This document shows, piece after piece, positions 38,871 through 49,438 of a stretch of 64,000 bases of DNA. The DNA lies in sequence record NZ_CP014527.1. The stretch is one strand, 5' to 3'. Source of the DNA: a plasmid. Numbering within the stretch: the stretch's first letter is position 1; each line of letters opens with the position of its first letter. A program made the position numbers and the translations under genes. The notes beneath the pieces are model-generated. The model made no database searches, was not told the DNA's origin, and saw only the letters and a program-made list of their open reading frames with translations.

Positions 38871-40886
38871 TCAGGCGGCTCTGACATTGGCAAGAAAACG
38901 CTCGACAAGCGAGCGTAACTGTCGCGCGTCTTCTGTCAGTGTCTGCGATGCATTCAGAACCTTCCCGGAAGCGGCTCCGGTCTCTTGGGCTGCATCGCTA
39001 ACGCCGGAAATTGTCGATGTTACGGCTGTTGTCACCGTCGCAGCTTGGCTGACATTGGCCGAAATATCGCGGGTAGCAGCACTTTGTTCTTCTACAGCAC
39101 TGGCAATGGCTGATGCAGCATTGGTTGCCTCATCAACAGATGATACGATCATCTCGATGGCATCCGCAGCATTCTCGACAGCTGCCTGAATAGCATCGAT
39201 ACGTTGCCGTATTTCTTCCGTAGCTCTTGCTGTTTGTGAAGCTAAGTCCTTTACTTCACTGGCAACAACGGCAAAGCCCTTTCCATACTCGCCGGCACGC
39301 GCCGCTTCTATGGTGGCATTCAAGGCCAGCATGTTGGTTTGTCCGGCAATGTCAGTAATCAGGTTGACAACAGCCCCAATTTCCACGGCTGTGGATTTAA
39401 GCCCCAGCACAGCATGGGTTGCATCATGGGCACGCATCATGGCCGAACGCGAAAGCTCGGAAGACTCGTGGACCTGACGGCTGATTTCCTGAATTGAGGC
39501 CCCCAGCTGTTCAGAAGCACTGGCAACCATCTGAACATTGGCCGATACCTGCTCAGAGGATTGAGCAACCGACAAGGCTTGAGAGCTGGTTTCCTCGGCA
39601 ATAGCCGACATGGACTGTGCCGTTGCATTCAGTTCATCTGTCGCACTGGCCACCGTTTGCAGAAGAGTTCCAACATCACGGTCGAAAATCTGCATCAGCT
39701 CGCCCAAGCGAACACCTCTGGCGGCCCTAGCTTCAGCATCGGCCTGGCGTTCAGCCTGCAGGGCCTCATTCTGGATCATATTGTGCCGGAACACTTCAAG
39801 AGCCGCTGCAATTTCCCCAATTTCATCCTTGTAATCCAACGCTGGAATAGCAACCGTCACATCACGCTCAGCCAGTCTGCGAATGGCTGCGGTAATGGAC
39901 TTGAGGGGGTGACTGATGCCAAGCGCTACCATAGACGCAAACAAGATGCCGGCCAGCAAAACAAAAACAGCGATAATGCTGGCTGTTGTCCGGGTACTGG
40001 AAAGAACATCAAGCGCTGCCGTGGATTGCTCGTGGAAACCACGAACCCCGGCAATACGAATATCTTCTGCCATACGTACCAAGGCCGCACCGCGCTCCGC
40101 CATCTGAGGTTGAATAACATCCCTGTTATACAGGGAGATCTCGGCGACACGACTGAAAGAAGCCCTGTATCCCGTAATCAAACCAACAAGGCGAGCACCC
40201 ACATCAGCTTTCCCAACACGCGCCAATTGCTGACGCAAGGAAGCTGCACCAGCAAGAGCTTCATCCAGTGCCGGAATAACGGTCGTAGCAGGATCTTGTC
40301 GGTCATCAACCAGGAAACCGCGAGCAGCAAAACGCGCCGCCGTAAATTTCTCGGAAATCTCTGCTGCGCGAAGAGCCACAGAAGCCTGCCCCGCAGCCTC
40401 TGCGTCTGCACGTATCTTGTTAAGCAAGGACAGGGTATCCGGCCCGAAGCGATCAATGGTCTCTTGGACCATCTTGTTGCGCTCCTCGGTCAGCGCTGCA
40501 CGCTTCTCGAAACTTTCCAGATAAGACGCAATCTGCTTTACAGCCTGCCGAAGCTGGTCTTGCACATAGGGGTCTTGGGTATCCAAAATCAGGTTGTCGA
40601 AATGTTGCCGGACAACAGCCGCCTGTCGCCGCACAGGATCAACATGAGACAAGTCATTGGTATAGAAAAACGCTGTTACCAGGCGCCTCATGGTCTGCAA
40701 ATCGGCATCCGCTGCAGTACTTCTGACGGTCAGCTCAGCCCCAAGCGTAATGGCACTCAGGGAACGCGCCGATTCCCGCCCGCTCCACCACAATGCTGAG
40801 GCAAAACCAGCTGTTACAAGCAACAAAACAGAGAAACCCGTAAAAATGCGCGTTGAAACCCGAAACTGCGACATCGCCTTGAACAT
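38871..40886 (-). CDS. Methyl-accepting chemotaxis protein (TM sensor + HAMP + MA signalling domain)
   Basis: N-terminal TM '[21 protein letters not shown]'. Conserved MCP signalling hairpin '[36 protein letters not shown]'. Confidence 0.85.
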   Translation of the reverse strand: MFKAMSQFRVSTRIFTGFSVLLLVTAGFASALWWSGRESARSLSAITLGAELTVRSTAADADLQTMRRLVTAFFYTNDLSHVDPVRRQAAVVRQHFDNLILDTQDPYVQDQLRQAVKQIASYLESFEKRAALTEERNKMVQETIDRFGPDTLSLLNKIRADAEAAGQASVALRAAEISEKFTAARFAARGFLVDDRQDPATTVIPALDEALAGAASLRQQLARVGKADVGARLVGLITGYRASFSRVAEISLYNRDVIQPQMAERGAALVRMAEDIRIAGVRGFHEQSTAALDVLSSTRTTASIIAVFVLLAGILFASMVALGISHPLKSITAAIRRLAERDVTVAIPALDYKDEIGEIAAALEVFRHNMIQNEALQAERQADAEARAARGVRLGELMQIFDRDVGTLLQTVASATDELNATAQSMSAIAEETSSQALSVAQSSEQVSANVQMVASASEQLGASIQEISRQVHESSELSRSAMMRAHDATHAVLGLKSTAVEIGAVVNLITDIAGQTNMLALNATIEAARAGEYGKGFAVVASEVKDLASQTARATEEIRQRIDAIQAAVENAADAIEMIVSSVDEATNAASAIASAVEEQSAATRDISANVSQAATVTTAVTSTISGVSDAAQETGAASGKVLNASQTLTEDARQLRSLVERFLANVRAA

Positions 40887-41679
40887 GACAGAGTCTCTCC
40901 CCCAAGAGCAACAGTCACTCTGGCAGATCTGGAATCTGCGGAACGTGACTGAAACACAGAATATATTCTGCTACCAGGGGCTTCAATAATAACAAAATAA
41001 AACCATTGGAATTTGGGAGTGGAAATAAAAGAGCAATATTAATTGTAAGTTGAATATTTGAGTTACATCAGTTGACCTATGCTTATGATTTCATAAGATA
41101 TATCAATCTAAACAATATATAAATGAACATCTAAAGAAATTAAACACATAGAGAAATATAACTAAAAATATGCAAAGGATATGCGAAAGGGGTGTCCGAC
41201 AAGAAAAGTGTACACCCAGCCTAGATGGCATGATCCATGCCCATACGTGCTATGGCAGCCCTTAGAAAGCGATAGGATCCATGGCATACATACATATCAG
41301 CGCAAGGCAACGTACCAGAAAAATTACGGAAATCCCTCTGGGTCTGGACAAACGACACGCGAGCCCAGAATCCAAGACGGTTCTCCTTGAAGTATTCCTG
41401 CGTCGCATTCTGCAAACAGGTGTCTTAGAGTGCGAAGATATAAAAGCCATAGAGCACGCGCTCTACCTCACAGAGATAAAAACAAGAGAGCGGAGTCGTA
41501 TAACAAAACGGCCTGAATATGACACGTAACGTCCCACACATAGATGGTTTTGGTGGTCTCGCGCCATAAAGTCGCATAATATTCGTTATGACTATGCAGA
41601 AGACAGCATGCCTTGAAGACAAAGCGGAACGGAATAATATAGCAAAGGCTTTGGGTATTATTGAAACGGCGGCTACAGG

Positions 41680-42588
41680 ATGGCAAACAGCGACAACGCG
41701 CCACAGAACAACGCACAAAGCAAGAAAAGAGGCCTTTGGGGCAGCCTACGCGGATTTTTCTCACAGGTAGCGACGCCTTCATCTACATCAACGGACTCTG
41801 CCCCCCTCCACATAGAGCCCATGACGAGCGACGAAGATCACTGGGTAGACCTTACACTGGAAGAAATACTGCAACGCAAACCAGAACTGGAGGTTCATCT
41901 CGTCAGCCTGACCCAGTTTCGCCAAGCTATTGGAGACACCTGGGACCGGGTTGGCGCAAAGGCTATTATGCTTGCAGAAGCAACCCTGCGTAAAGTTGCA
42001 GGACACGGGAATCCTGTACGCGTTTTTGGCGAAGAGGGCGTTTTTCTCTTGGCATTCCCACGCCTTTCAGAACTGGAAGGACGCCGGCGCGCAACTGAAG
42101 CTGCGATTGCCGTTGGACAGAAGCTGGTTGGGGCCCGATTCCGCATTGTAGGAAATGGCATGTCTGCTCCGCTCGTTTGCCTTGCATCCAGCAAGGGAAA
42201 CAACCTTCTTGATCCACAAGGAGATTTCAAAGAGCAGACGATCCTTGCCATGGAAACAGAAGCAACGCCACTGGCAGAATCTGCGGCTGTTAACGATGCC
42301 GATCCTACCGCGCAAGCAGGACACGACAGCACAGACCTCTTCATTTCGATGGCTTCATCCGACAGCAATGACCCTGAATGGTCCCCCATAGACCATGAAA
42401 CAGACAGGCATGATAATGAGATCAGCACGATCGATACAAATAGTAAGCTAAGTCACTATAACCCTAAGTGGCGAACCATGAAACATAAGAGCCGCAAGGA
42501 AAGCATACAACTGATACCCATAGACCATAAAACAAATAAAAAGGAATATTTTAATGAGTGGGTTCCTATAAAAAAGGACAATATTTAA
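41680..42588 (+). CDS. Hypothetical protein (low-GC region upstream of a two-component system)
   Basis: 302-aa ORF in a 1.8-kb AT-rich stretch (40900-42700). No recognisable motif. Confidence 0.4.
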   Translation: MANSDNAPQNNAQSKKRGLWGSLRGFFSQVATPSSTSTDSAPLHIEPMTSDEDHWVDLTLEEILQRKPELEVHLVSLTQFRQAIGDTWDRVGAKAIMLAEATLRKVAGHGNPVRVFGEEGVFLLAFPRLSELEGRRRATEAAIAVGQKLVGARFRIVGNGMSAPLVCLASSKGNNLLDPQGDFKEQTILAMETEATPLAESAAVNDADPTAQAGHDSTDLFISMASSDSNDPEWSPIDHETDRHDNEISTIDTNSKLSHYNPKWRTMKHKSRKESIQLIPIDHKTNKKEYFNEWVPIKKDNI

Positions 42589-42792
42589 TATAATAAATAA
42601 CAACGAAAGATAATCTCACTTACATAAATATCCATTTTAAATAGAATACAGCAAATCTACCCACACATTTCACTTGTCAAATAATATCCCGCACCATATA
42701 TAGGGTCTTCGGGAAAGATCACCGTACTTCAGTGCATACCGTCGGAATTGCCCCACGTATACACCCTGAACCTTGACCATCGGAAAAACCAC

Positions 42793-43410
42793 ATGGTTTC
42801 GCGAGTTCTGTTTGTTGATGACGAACAAAACGTTCTGTCTGCCCTTCGCCGTACATTCCACGGAGAGTTCGAGCTGGAGACAGCGGGGAACGCCGTGGAA
42901 GCCATGCGCCTTTTCCTAGATGGGGAACGCTTCGCGGTTATGGTAACAGATATGGATATGCCAGCTGTCAACGGCTTGCAGCTTCTTGAACAGGTCCGGA
43001 AACATTCTCCGCGTACCTGCCGTATTGTCCTGACAGGAAAACCGAACGCCGATGCCGCAACACAGCTTCTGTCAGACGGCTTGGTTTTCCGCTACCTCCT
43101 CAAACCCTGCACACCTGCAAAACTGCGTGACATTATTCGCGAGGGCATTGTTTGCTATGAACAAGCCAGCCTGCGCAGCAACAATGCACGGCATTTTGAT
43201 ACACCCGCGGCGGAATCACGCCATGTACGACAAACCCAAGTTTATCGCTTGCGTAATGGGGATGAGGTGGCAGCCAGCGTCCTAGATCGGGATGGACGGG
43301 TTCTTGTTTCCAGCGGTACTGTCCTTGACCAAGATCTCCTGAGCAAACTCAGAAAGCTGCTGGAAGAAGGCCGTATAGGAGAAAACCTGACCATTTACAG
43401 CACCCACTGA
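42793..43410 (+). CDS. Response regulator (REC domain + ~85-aa uncharacterised C-terminal domain)
   Basis: 'VLFVDDEQNVLSALRR...VMVTDMDMPAVNGLQLLEQVRKHSP...RIVLTGKP' CheY-like receiver with phospho-acceptor Asp context. Confidence 0.75.
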   Translation: MVSRVLFVDDEQNVLSALRRTFHGEFELETAGNAVEAMRLFLDGERFAVMVTDMDMPAVNGLQLLEQVRKHSPRTCRIVLTGKPNADAATQLLSDGLVFRYLLKPCTPAKLRDIIREGIVCYEQASLRSNNARHFDTPAAESRHVRQTQVYRLRNGDEVAASVLDRDGRVLVSSGTVLDQDLLSKLRKLLEEGRIGENLTIYSTH

Positions 43411-43427
43411 GAAATGGAACCAGTCCT

Positions 43428-45137
43428 ATGGTGGAGCTGACAGGTTTTTATCTTGCTCTTGGTATTTCAACGGCCATAGTTCTTGCCCTTCTACGCCGGA
43501 ATGCACAGCTCTATACCGAGCATCAGAAGGGTGCGGCCGAACAGAAGCGCATGGCCAGCGTGATTGATATTGCTGCAGACTGGGTTTGGGAAACAGATCG
43601 CCGGGGACGCATCACAACCATCACACCATCTTTCACGGATATAACCGGAATCCCCGTATCTGATGTGATCGGAAGAACGCGAAGGGAAATTCTCGGACGA
43701 CCCAGCAAAAGCTCCCCTCCCGGTTTGGAAAAAGCATTCCGCACACGTGCACCATTTTCAAGCTTGGTCTTTACAATCCCCACATCAGAACAACAGATGA
43801 TGCACATCAGCATCAGCGGTGCGCCCATTCTGGATCGTCACGGTCACTGGAAAGGCTACCGTGGTATCGGGAAAAACATCACCGCCGACGTAGCAGCACG
43901 GGAAGCTGTTCAGTCTGCTGAAGCACGCCTTCATATCGCAATAGAGGGAATTGCCGAGGGCTTTGCCCTTTGCCAGACCGACGGTACCATCACGTTGCGC
44001 AACAGACGATTGCGGCAGATGATTGAAAAGGCAGGGGGGAGCTTCAGCAGTAAGTTCACCTTGCATGATGCGCTCTCATCATGTGCGGAAAACCCTGCCG
44101 ACGTGCGGGATCTGCTGGACAACTGGTTTACACGCATCATGAGACCGGTAACATTCCGCTGCCTGAACGGACAATACTACCTTGTCCGTTTGCAGATCAC
44201 GCCGGACAACAACCTGCTGGTCACTGTGGGCGACGTCACGGAACAGCAACGGGCCCAAGATGCAGAAAAGCGTCTGGAGGAAGAGCGACGGCAGGCCCAG
44301 AAACTCGAAGCAATCGGAACACTTGCCGGCGGCATAGCCCATGAAATCAATACACCGATTCAATACATAGGCGACAATGTTCGTTTTGTGGCCGGCGTGC
44401 TGCCGGAACTCATTGCCATCGCTATAGATGTGGCAGACGGCACGAACAATGATACGTCCGTACAAGCGGCAATAGAAAGGTGCAGGAAGCTAGATCTTGG
44501 CTTTATTGGGCCGGAAGCCCCCTTGGCTCTTGAGCAGGCATTGGAGGGCATAGAGGCGGTCAGCCGGATCGTCATGGCAATGAAGGAATTCTCACATCCA
44601 AGCTTGAAAGATCCCGTCCCCTTCGACCTGAATCATAATCTGCAAAGTACCATCACCATATCACGCAATGAATGGAAACTCGTTGCCGAAGTGGAAACAG
44701 ATTTTGAGAACAACCTGCCCCCTGTAACCGGTTTGCCCGGCGATCTCAATCAGGTTTTCCTGAACCTGATCGTCAACGCCGCACATGCCATTACGGATCA
44801 TAATGATACCCAAATGGGGAAGATCACGGTTTCAACCCGTCAGGACGGTGATTTTGTCGAGGTTAGAATTGCAGATACCGGGTGCGGTATTCCCAATGAT
44901 ATACGCGACAAAATTTTTGAGCCTTTCTTCACAACAAAGGATGTAGGTCGAGGAACCGGACAAGGGCTGGCAATTGCTCATGACATTGTCGTGCGTAAGC
45001 ACAAAGGCCGGATTGATATCGAAAACCGTGAGGGAGGTGGTACAATCTTCGTCGTGCGGATTCCCTTTGACCCTCCCTTGTCGCAAAATTATGGGGAGTC
45101 TGTTGAGACCTTCTCGGAAGAAGGACACTGGCGATGA
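43428..45137 (+). CDS. Sensor histidine kinase (TM + PAS domains + HisKA + HATPase_c)
   Basis: H-box '[15 protein letters not shown]'. N/G boxes '[10 protein letters not shown]' ... 'IADTGCGIP' ... '[13 protein letters not shown]'. Confidence 0.85.
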   Translation: MVELTGFYLALGISTAIVLALLRRNAQLYTEHQKGAAEQKRMASVIDIAADWVWETDRRGRITTITPSFTDITGIPVSDVIGRTRREILGRPSKSSPPGLEKAFRTRAPFSSLVFTIPTSEQQMMHISISGAPILDRHGHWKGYRGIGKNITADVAAREAVQSAEARLHIAIEGIAEGFALCQTDGTITLRNRRLRQMIEKAGGSFSSKFTLHDALSSCAENPADVRDLLDNWFTRIMRPVTFRCLNGQYYLVRLQITPDNNLLVTVGDVTEQQRAQDAEKRLEEERRQAQKLEAIGTLAGGIAHEINTPIQYIGDNVRFVAGVLPELIAIAIDVADGTNNDTSVQAAIERCRKLDLGFIGPEAPLALEQALEGIEAVSRIVMAMKEFSHPSLKDPVPFDLNHNLQSTITISRNEWKLVAEVETDFENNLPPVTGLPGDLNQVFLNLIVNAAHAITDHNDTQMGKITVSTRQDGDFVEVRIADTGCGIPNDIRDKIFEPFFTTKDVGRGTGQGLAIAHDIVVRKHKGRIDIENREGGGTIFVVRIPFDPPLSQNYGESVETFSEEGHWR

Positions 45138-46246
45138 GTCGCATCCTGTTTGTTGATGATGACCCAAGACTCCTGCAAGGGCTGAAGCGCCTGACCATAA
45201 GCCGGGGCAGCACATGGCACTGTGACTTTGCGCTTTCGGGGGCAGAAGGCCTAAGCTTTCTGCGTCAGGGGGCCTACGATATTGTTATCAGCGACATGCA
45301 AATGCCGCGCATGAATGGCGCAGAGTTCCTAGAGCAGGTACGTATCCTGTCCCCGCAAGCTGTCCGCATTGTACTATCAGGCTATTCACACATAGAGAGC
45401 ATTGTTTCAGTCGCGGGGTCAGCGCATCAATACTTGGCCAAGCCCTGTTCTTTTGAACAGCTCATGGGGGTTATCGTCCGGGCTCTGGCCCTGCGACAGT
45501 CGTTTTCAAGAACAGCTCTGCACAGCATTGTCGGCAAACTGCACGCCCTGCCGTCTCCATCAGAACGATATACGCGGCTTCTCGCACTTCTGGAGTCACC
45601 GCTTACATCAACCGATGCACTTGCAACCGTCATGAAAGACGACATAGCCATGGTTGCCGAGGTTCTGAAGCTAACAAACAGCCAGTACTTTGCCCTGACA
45701 AACACAGCAACAAGCATTGAGCAGGCAATCCGGCTTCTCGGCACAGACATCATACGTATGCTTGTTTTTAATGTCGGCATATTCAGCAGCTTCAAACTAA
45801 CTGGGCCTGCGGCAATTCTTATGGGTGCCCTGCAAGCACGAGCCATGCGGCTATCAACAGAGTGTGCAGGACGTGCAGCCGATGCGGGATTACCCAGCAC
45901 AACTGTACAGATGGCACGTATTGCCGGCATGTTATGTGAAATCGGCGTTCTTGTTCTGTTGAATGACGTGCCTCAGTCCTACACAAAACTGGCCTGTGAT
46001 ACAGCAGACACCGGGCTCCGTCTTCTGGAAGCAGAGCAGGAAAGCATGGGCATCAACCACGCTGAACTCGGGGCCTATCTCTTGGGGTTGTGGGGCTTTC
46101 AGGATGACATTGTGTGGGCTTTAACCGCACTATCACCCTGCGCACCGGCCGGGCACGATCCCGGCCCGATTGCCCCTATCCTGCAGAATCTGCTTGCCGA
46201 AGATCCGCTTGAATACACCACGCAGTCATTGGCCGCACCAGCCTGA
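45134..46246 (+). CDS. REC-HDOD signal transduction protein
   Basis: N-terminal receiver 'ILFVDDDPRLLQGLKRL...IVISDMQMPRMNGAEFLEQVR'. C-terminal ~200 aa with HDOD-like pattern. ATGA overlap with the kinase gene. Confidence 0.7.
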   Translation: MSRILFVDDDPRLLQGLKRLTISRGSTWHCDFALSGAEGLSFLRQGAYDIVISDMQMPRMNGAEFLEQVRILSPQAVRIVLSGYSHIESIVSVAGSAHQYLAKPCSFEQLMGVIVRALALRQSFSRTALHSIVGKLHALPSPSERYTRLLALLESPLTSTDALATVMKDDIAMVAEVLKLTNSQYFALTNTATSIEQAIRLLGTDIIRMLVFNVGIFSSFKLTGPAAILMGALQARAMRLSTECAGRAADAGLPSTTVQMARIAGMLCEIGVLVLLNDVPQSYTKLACDTADTGLRLLEAEQESMGINHAELGAYLLGLWGFQDDIVWALTALSPCAPAGHDPGPIAPILQNLLAEDPLEYTTQSLAAPA

Positions 46247-46248
46247 CA

Positions 46249-47004
46249 TCAGGCACCGGTCCTCAACCATTCAGACAACACTGCCTGACTATAGAGGCTT
46301 GCTACTTCACGAATAAAACGACTGAAGTCAGCGGGGGCATTATCATCAGCACAATCTGATATGGTACGAAGCGCTGCGAACGGAATCTCGTAATCCACAC
46401 AGACCTGTGCCACAGCAGCGCCTTCCATTTCAACAGCAAGAGCATCAGGAAGATCTTGTCTCAGGCCGTGACTCCTTGATGCATCAGCAACAAATTGGTC
46501 ACCACTGGCAATCAGTCCTTCATGCAAGCGAGGAGCCTGCAAGGCAAACGTGTCGACAGCATCGGCACCGACATGCCTGTCAACATCGGCAAGAATGGTT
46601 TGGGCCGCACTCCCCAGACGCGCAGATAGCGCCTTGTCAGTCTCAAAATGACTAAGACCATACAGAGGCACTTCATGCCGTGGGAATAGAGGCGAGGCAT
46701 CCATGTCATGCTGCACAAAACTATGTGCCAGCACAACATCACCAACTTTCAGTCCTGTCCCTATACCACCTGCAACACCCGTAAAGACAATCTGCTTCAC
46801 GCCAAAATGTTCGATAAGGACGGTTGCCGTCGTTGCTGCAGCCACCTTACCAATGCGCGAAAGAACAACAACCAGAGAGTGGCCATGCCAGTTTCCAAGC
46901 CAGAAGTCTCGCCCGGCGACCCGCACACACTGCTTATCGGGCAAACCATCCAGAACAGCTACCAACTCTTCGTGCATTGCACTCATAATGCCGATCGAGG
47001 TCAT
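46249..47004 (-). CDS. mtnN: 5'-methylthioadenosine/S-adenosylhomocysteine nucleosidase
   Basis: 'IGIMSAMHEELVAV' (cf. IGIIGAMEEE). PNP_UDP_1-fold collinearity. Conserved 'VEMEGAAVAQVC'. Confidence 0.8.
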   Translation of the reverse strand: MTSIGIMSAMHEELVAVLDGLPDKQCVRVAGRDFWLGNWHGHSLVVVLSRIGKVAAATTATVLIEHFGVKQIVFTGVAGGIGTGLKVGDVVLAHSFVQHDMDASPLFPRHEVPLYGLSHFETDKALSARLGSAAQTILADVDRHVGADAVDTFALQAPRLHEGLIASGDQFVADASRSHGLRQDLPDALAVEMEGAAVAQVCVDYEIPFAALRTISDCADDNAPADFSRFIREVASLYSQAVLSEWLRTGA

Positions 47005-47301
47005 GTATACTCCCAAACCCTATCTAGAAAAGATAGGGACTCAGATACGTAAATCTACATTTATTATCAAGAAAATAAGTACATTATAGGTAAAATCTAT
47101 AGTGTAACTGCATCATCACCCATGCCATACACGCCAATATCCTAAGCCGCAAGGGGTACGATATCCAGCGAGACATATTCCGACTCTCCCATCTGCAAAA
47201 CAAAAACACCCCGCAATCACTAATGATTATCTGGCCAGATGTAACGCAAGCAGTATAATTGAGGCTGGAAACACTTTCCCTCTATTTGACCGGACCCATA
47301 C

Positions 47302-48195
47302 ATGGTCACACGCCGCGTTGTTTGTTTTCTTCAGCTTATCCTTGGCACATTCTATCTGTGGAGCCTGTCGGCAGGACACGTAATAGCACAGGATCGCGCT
47401 ACCTTGGAACGCTATCTGCACGAAGTCCGTGCGCTCTTGCAAACTGACCTCTGCACGCATGAGGATGACGCACGCAGTCTTCTTGCCAGAAGCCCTGTAT
47501 CACAACTGAGCAATCCCGTGTCCATGCCCGAAGGTAGCTTGGCGCAACGCCTGAAACAGGCTGTTGTCATGGTGGTAACTCCAACGGACAGCGGCTCCGG
47601 CTTCTTCGTAGACAAACATCACATTGTGACCAACTATCACGTCGTCTCCTCTTCCAGTTCCGAGGGAGTCTTTGTAGCCGGTCCGGGGTCGGCTGGCATA
47701 CAGCGGGCCGAGATTATTGCCACCCTTTCCGGAAAAGGGGAGACCGCTTCCGACTTCGCCTTGCTGAAAGTAAACGGACCACCCTCCCCCGGCTTTCTGC
47801 CACTTGCCGAGAGTGCTGCAGAACTGGAGCACGTTATTGCAGCAGGTTTTCCTGCGCTTGTCCTTGGCAACGACGTTGGGTTTCGTCGTTTTATGAAAGG
47901 CGATCTGTCCACACTGCCCGACGTCATCCTGTCCCGTGGCTCTATCATGGCTATCCAGAACCGCAAGACAGCAGCACCCAGCATAGCCCATTCCGCTTCC
48001 ATCTCAGGGGGAAGCAGCGGCGGCCCCCTTGTTGATGCCTGCGGACGAGCCATAGGCATCAACACGTTTATTCGTGTTGATGTCAAACAGGCCAGCAATA
48101 CCGGGTACGCCATACCGGCCGGGCCCCTGATTCAGTTCCTGAAAAAGCAGGGCATCCAACCAACAATCCAGACAACACCCTGCACCAGTAGCTGA
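47302..48195 (+). CDS. Secreted trypsin-like serine protease (S1 family)
   Basis: N-terminal signal-like 'VVCFLQLILGTFYLWSLSA'. Catalytic Ser motif 'ISGGSSGGPLVD'. His context 'HIVTNYHVV'. Confidence 0.75.
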   Translation: MVTRRVVCFLQLILGTFYLWSLSAGHVIAQDRATLERYLHEVRALLQTDLCTHEDDARSLLARSPVSQLSNPVSMPEGSLAQRLKQAVVMVVTPTDSGSGFFVDKHHIVTNYHVVSSSSSEGVFVAGPGSAGIQRAEIIATLSGKGETASDFALLKVNGPPSPGFLPLAESAAELEHVIAAGFPALVLGNDVGFRRFMKGDLSTLPDVILSRGSIMAIQNRKTAAPSIAHSASISGGSSGGPLVDACGRAIGINTFIRVDVKQASNTGYAIPAGPLIQFLKKQGIQPTIQTTPCTSS

Positions 48196-48202
48196 TCAAA
48201 CC

Positions 48203-48694
48203 TCATCGCCCCAAAGCACGGTCTACCTGTCGGCTCAAGTCGTCTTTTTGACGCTGCAGGGCATCAAGACGCCGTTTCTTTTCCGGGGCTGGTGTTACCG
48301 GATCGCTCCGCAACTGGGCAATCTTTGCTTCTAAGGACGCTATTTCTGCCTTCAGATCATTGTTACGCCCCTTGGCTTTCTCAAGCCTACCCTTTAACGC
48401 ACGCAGCTCTTTCTCAAGCTGGGCATAGCGCTTCTCTGCAGCAGCACGATCTTCTGTAACAGACGCTTGTTCCTGCTGATTCCGGTCGTATTCACGTTTC
48501 TTCTGCGTGTTGAGGTCCTGCTCATTCTCTAGGGCTTCCTGCCTCTCCTTGACCCGTTCCTCATAGCCCCCGGACGCCAGATGACGAACACCGGACAAGA
48601 AGCCACCCTGGGCAGGATCCGTGTTCGATGCGCACCCCGCCAACAGAACACCAAAGGACACAACCAATCCACGACATACCAACCGGGAAAACAC
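48203..48694 (-). CDS. Coiled-coil lipoprotein
   Basis: GTG start at 48694 preceded by SD GGAGAG. Lipobox 'MFSRLVCRGLVVSFGVLLAGC'. Remainder Glu/Lys/Arg/Ala-rich coiled coil. Upstream ATG alternatives would overlap the preceding gene. Confidence 0.5.
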   Translation of the reverse strand: MFSRLVCRGLVVSFGVLLAGCASNTDPAQGGFLSGVRHLASGGYEERVKERQEALENEQDLNTQKKREYDRNQQEQASVTEDRAAAEKRYAQLEKELRALKGRLEKAKGRNNDLKAEIASLEAKIAQLRSDPVTPAPEKKRRLDALQRQKDDLSRQVDRALGR

Positions 48695-48710
48695 TGTCTT
48701 CTCTCCTGCC

Positions 48711-49418
48711 CTAACCAATGCGGGATACCTTGCGACGCTGGACAAGACCATCCAGGTCTTTCTCAAGAACAGAGATCTGCTGTTCCAGACGCGATATTTC
48801 GGCATCCATTGTCGCAAGTTTCTGTTTTGATCCCTGCGTCTTCCCACGCGCAATGGCATATTCCTCGTGTCTCTTCTTAAGGTTTGCGACCGTCTGTTCC
48901 AGATACTTGGTATTGTCATCAACATCAGCAAGCTGGGTACGGGCCTTCTCGCGACTGATCTGCCCGGCTGCAATCTGTTTCTCCAGACGCTCGATTGTTT
49001 TTGTATCTGTTGCAATAACCTGGCGACTGGCATCAATCAAATCAGCAAGCCGCTGGTTGTCAGCACGAACATCGGTGGTCATAGCTTCCAGACGCTCTTC
49101 TGTCGAAGCATACTCTTCCTGCTTGTCTGCAACATAGTATCCTGCCGCACCACCAACAGCCGCACCGGCCGCACAGCCCAAGGCAATGCCACGACCACGC
49201 TCACCACCCCCGCGCCCAGAAGCCAGCACACCAATCAGCATGCCCGCCACGCAGCCCAAGGCCGCACCTTCCGCAAGCGTTTGATTAAACGTTGCAGCCT
49301 GCTCACGCATACGCTTCTCAGCCGGCGTCATGGATGCCTCATCCCGCGTTGTCACACACCCGGACAACAACAGGCTGATCCCAAGAATAAAGGCCGTTAC
49401 CTTCCCCGCTACCCTCAT
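48711..49418 (-). CDS. Lipoprotein with glycine-zipper segment and coiled-coil C-terminus
   Basis: Lipobox 'MRVAGKVTAFILGISLLLSGC'. Gly-zipper 'AALGCVAGMLIGVLASGRGGG...GCAAGAAVGGAAGYY'. Then coiled coil. Confidence 0.6.
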   Translation of the reverse strand: MRVAGKVTAFILGISLLLSGCVTTRDEASMTPAEKRMREQAATFNQTLAEGAALGCVAGMLIGVLASGRGGGERGRGIALGCAAGAAVGGAAGYYVADKQEEYASTEERLEAMTTDVRADNQRLADLIDASRQVIATDTKTIERLEKQIAAGQISREKARTQLADVDDNTKYLEQTVANLKKRHEEYAIARGKTQGSKQKLATMDAEISRLEQQISVLEKDLDGLVQRRKVSRIG

Positions 49419-49438
49419 ACATAACCTCTTGCCGACTG

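Noticed and set aside
39561-40799. 412-aa plus-strand ORF opposite the MCP gene
   Set aside because: Antisense to a motif-rich MCP. No domain signal.
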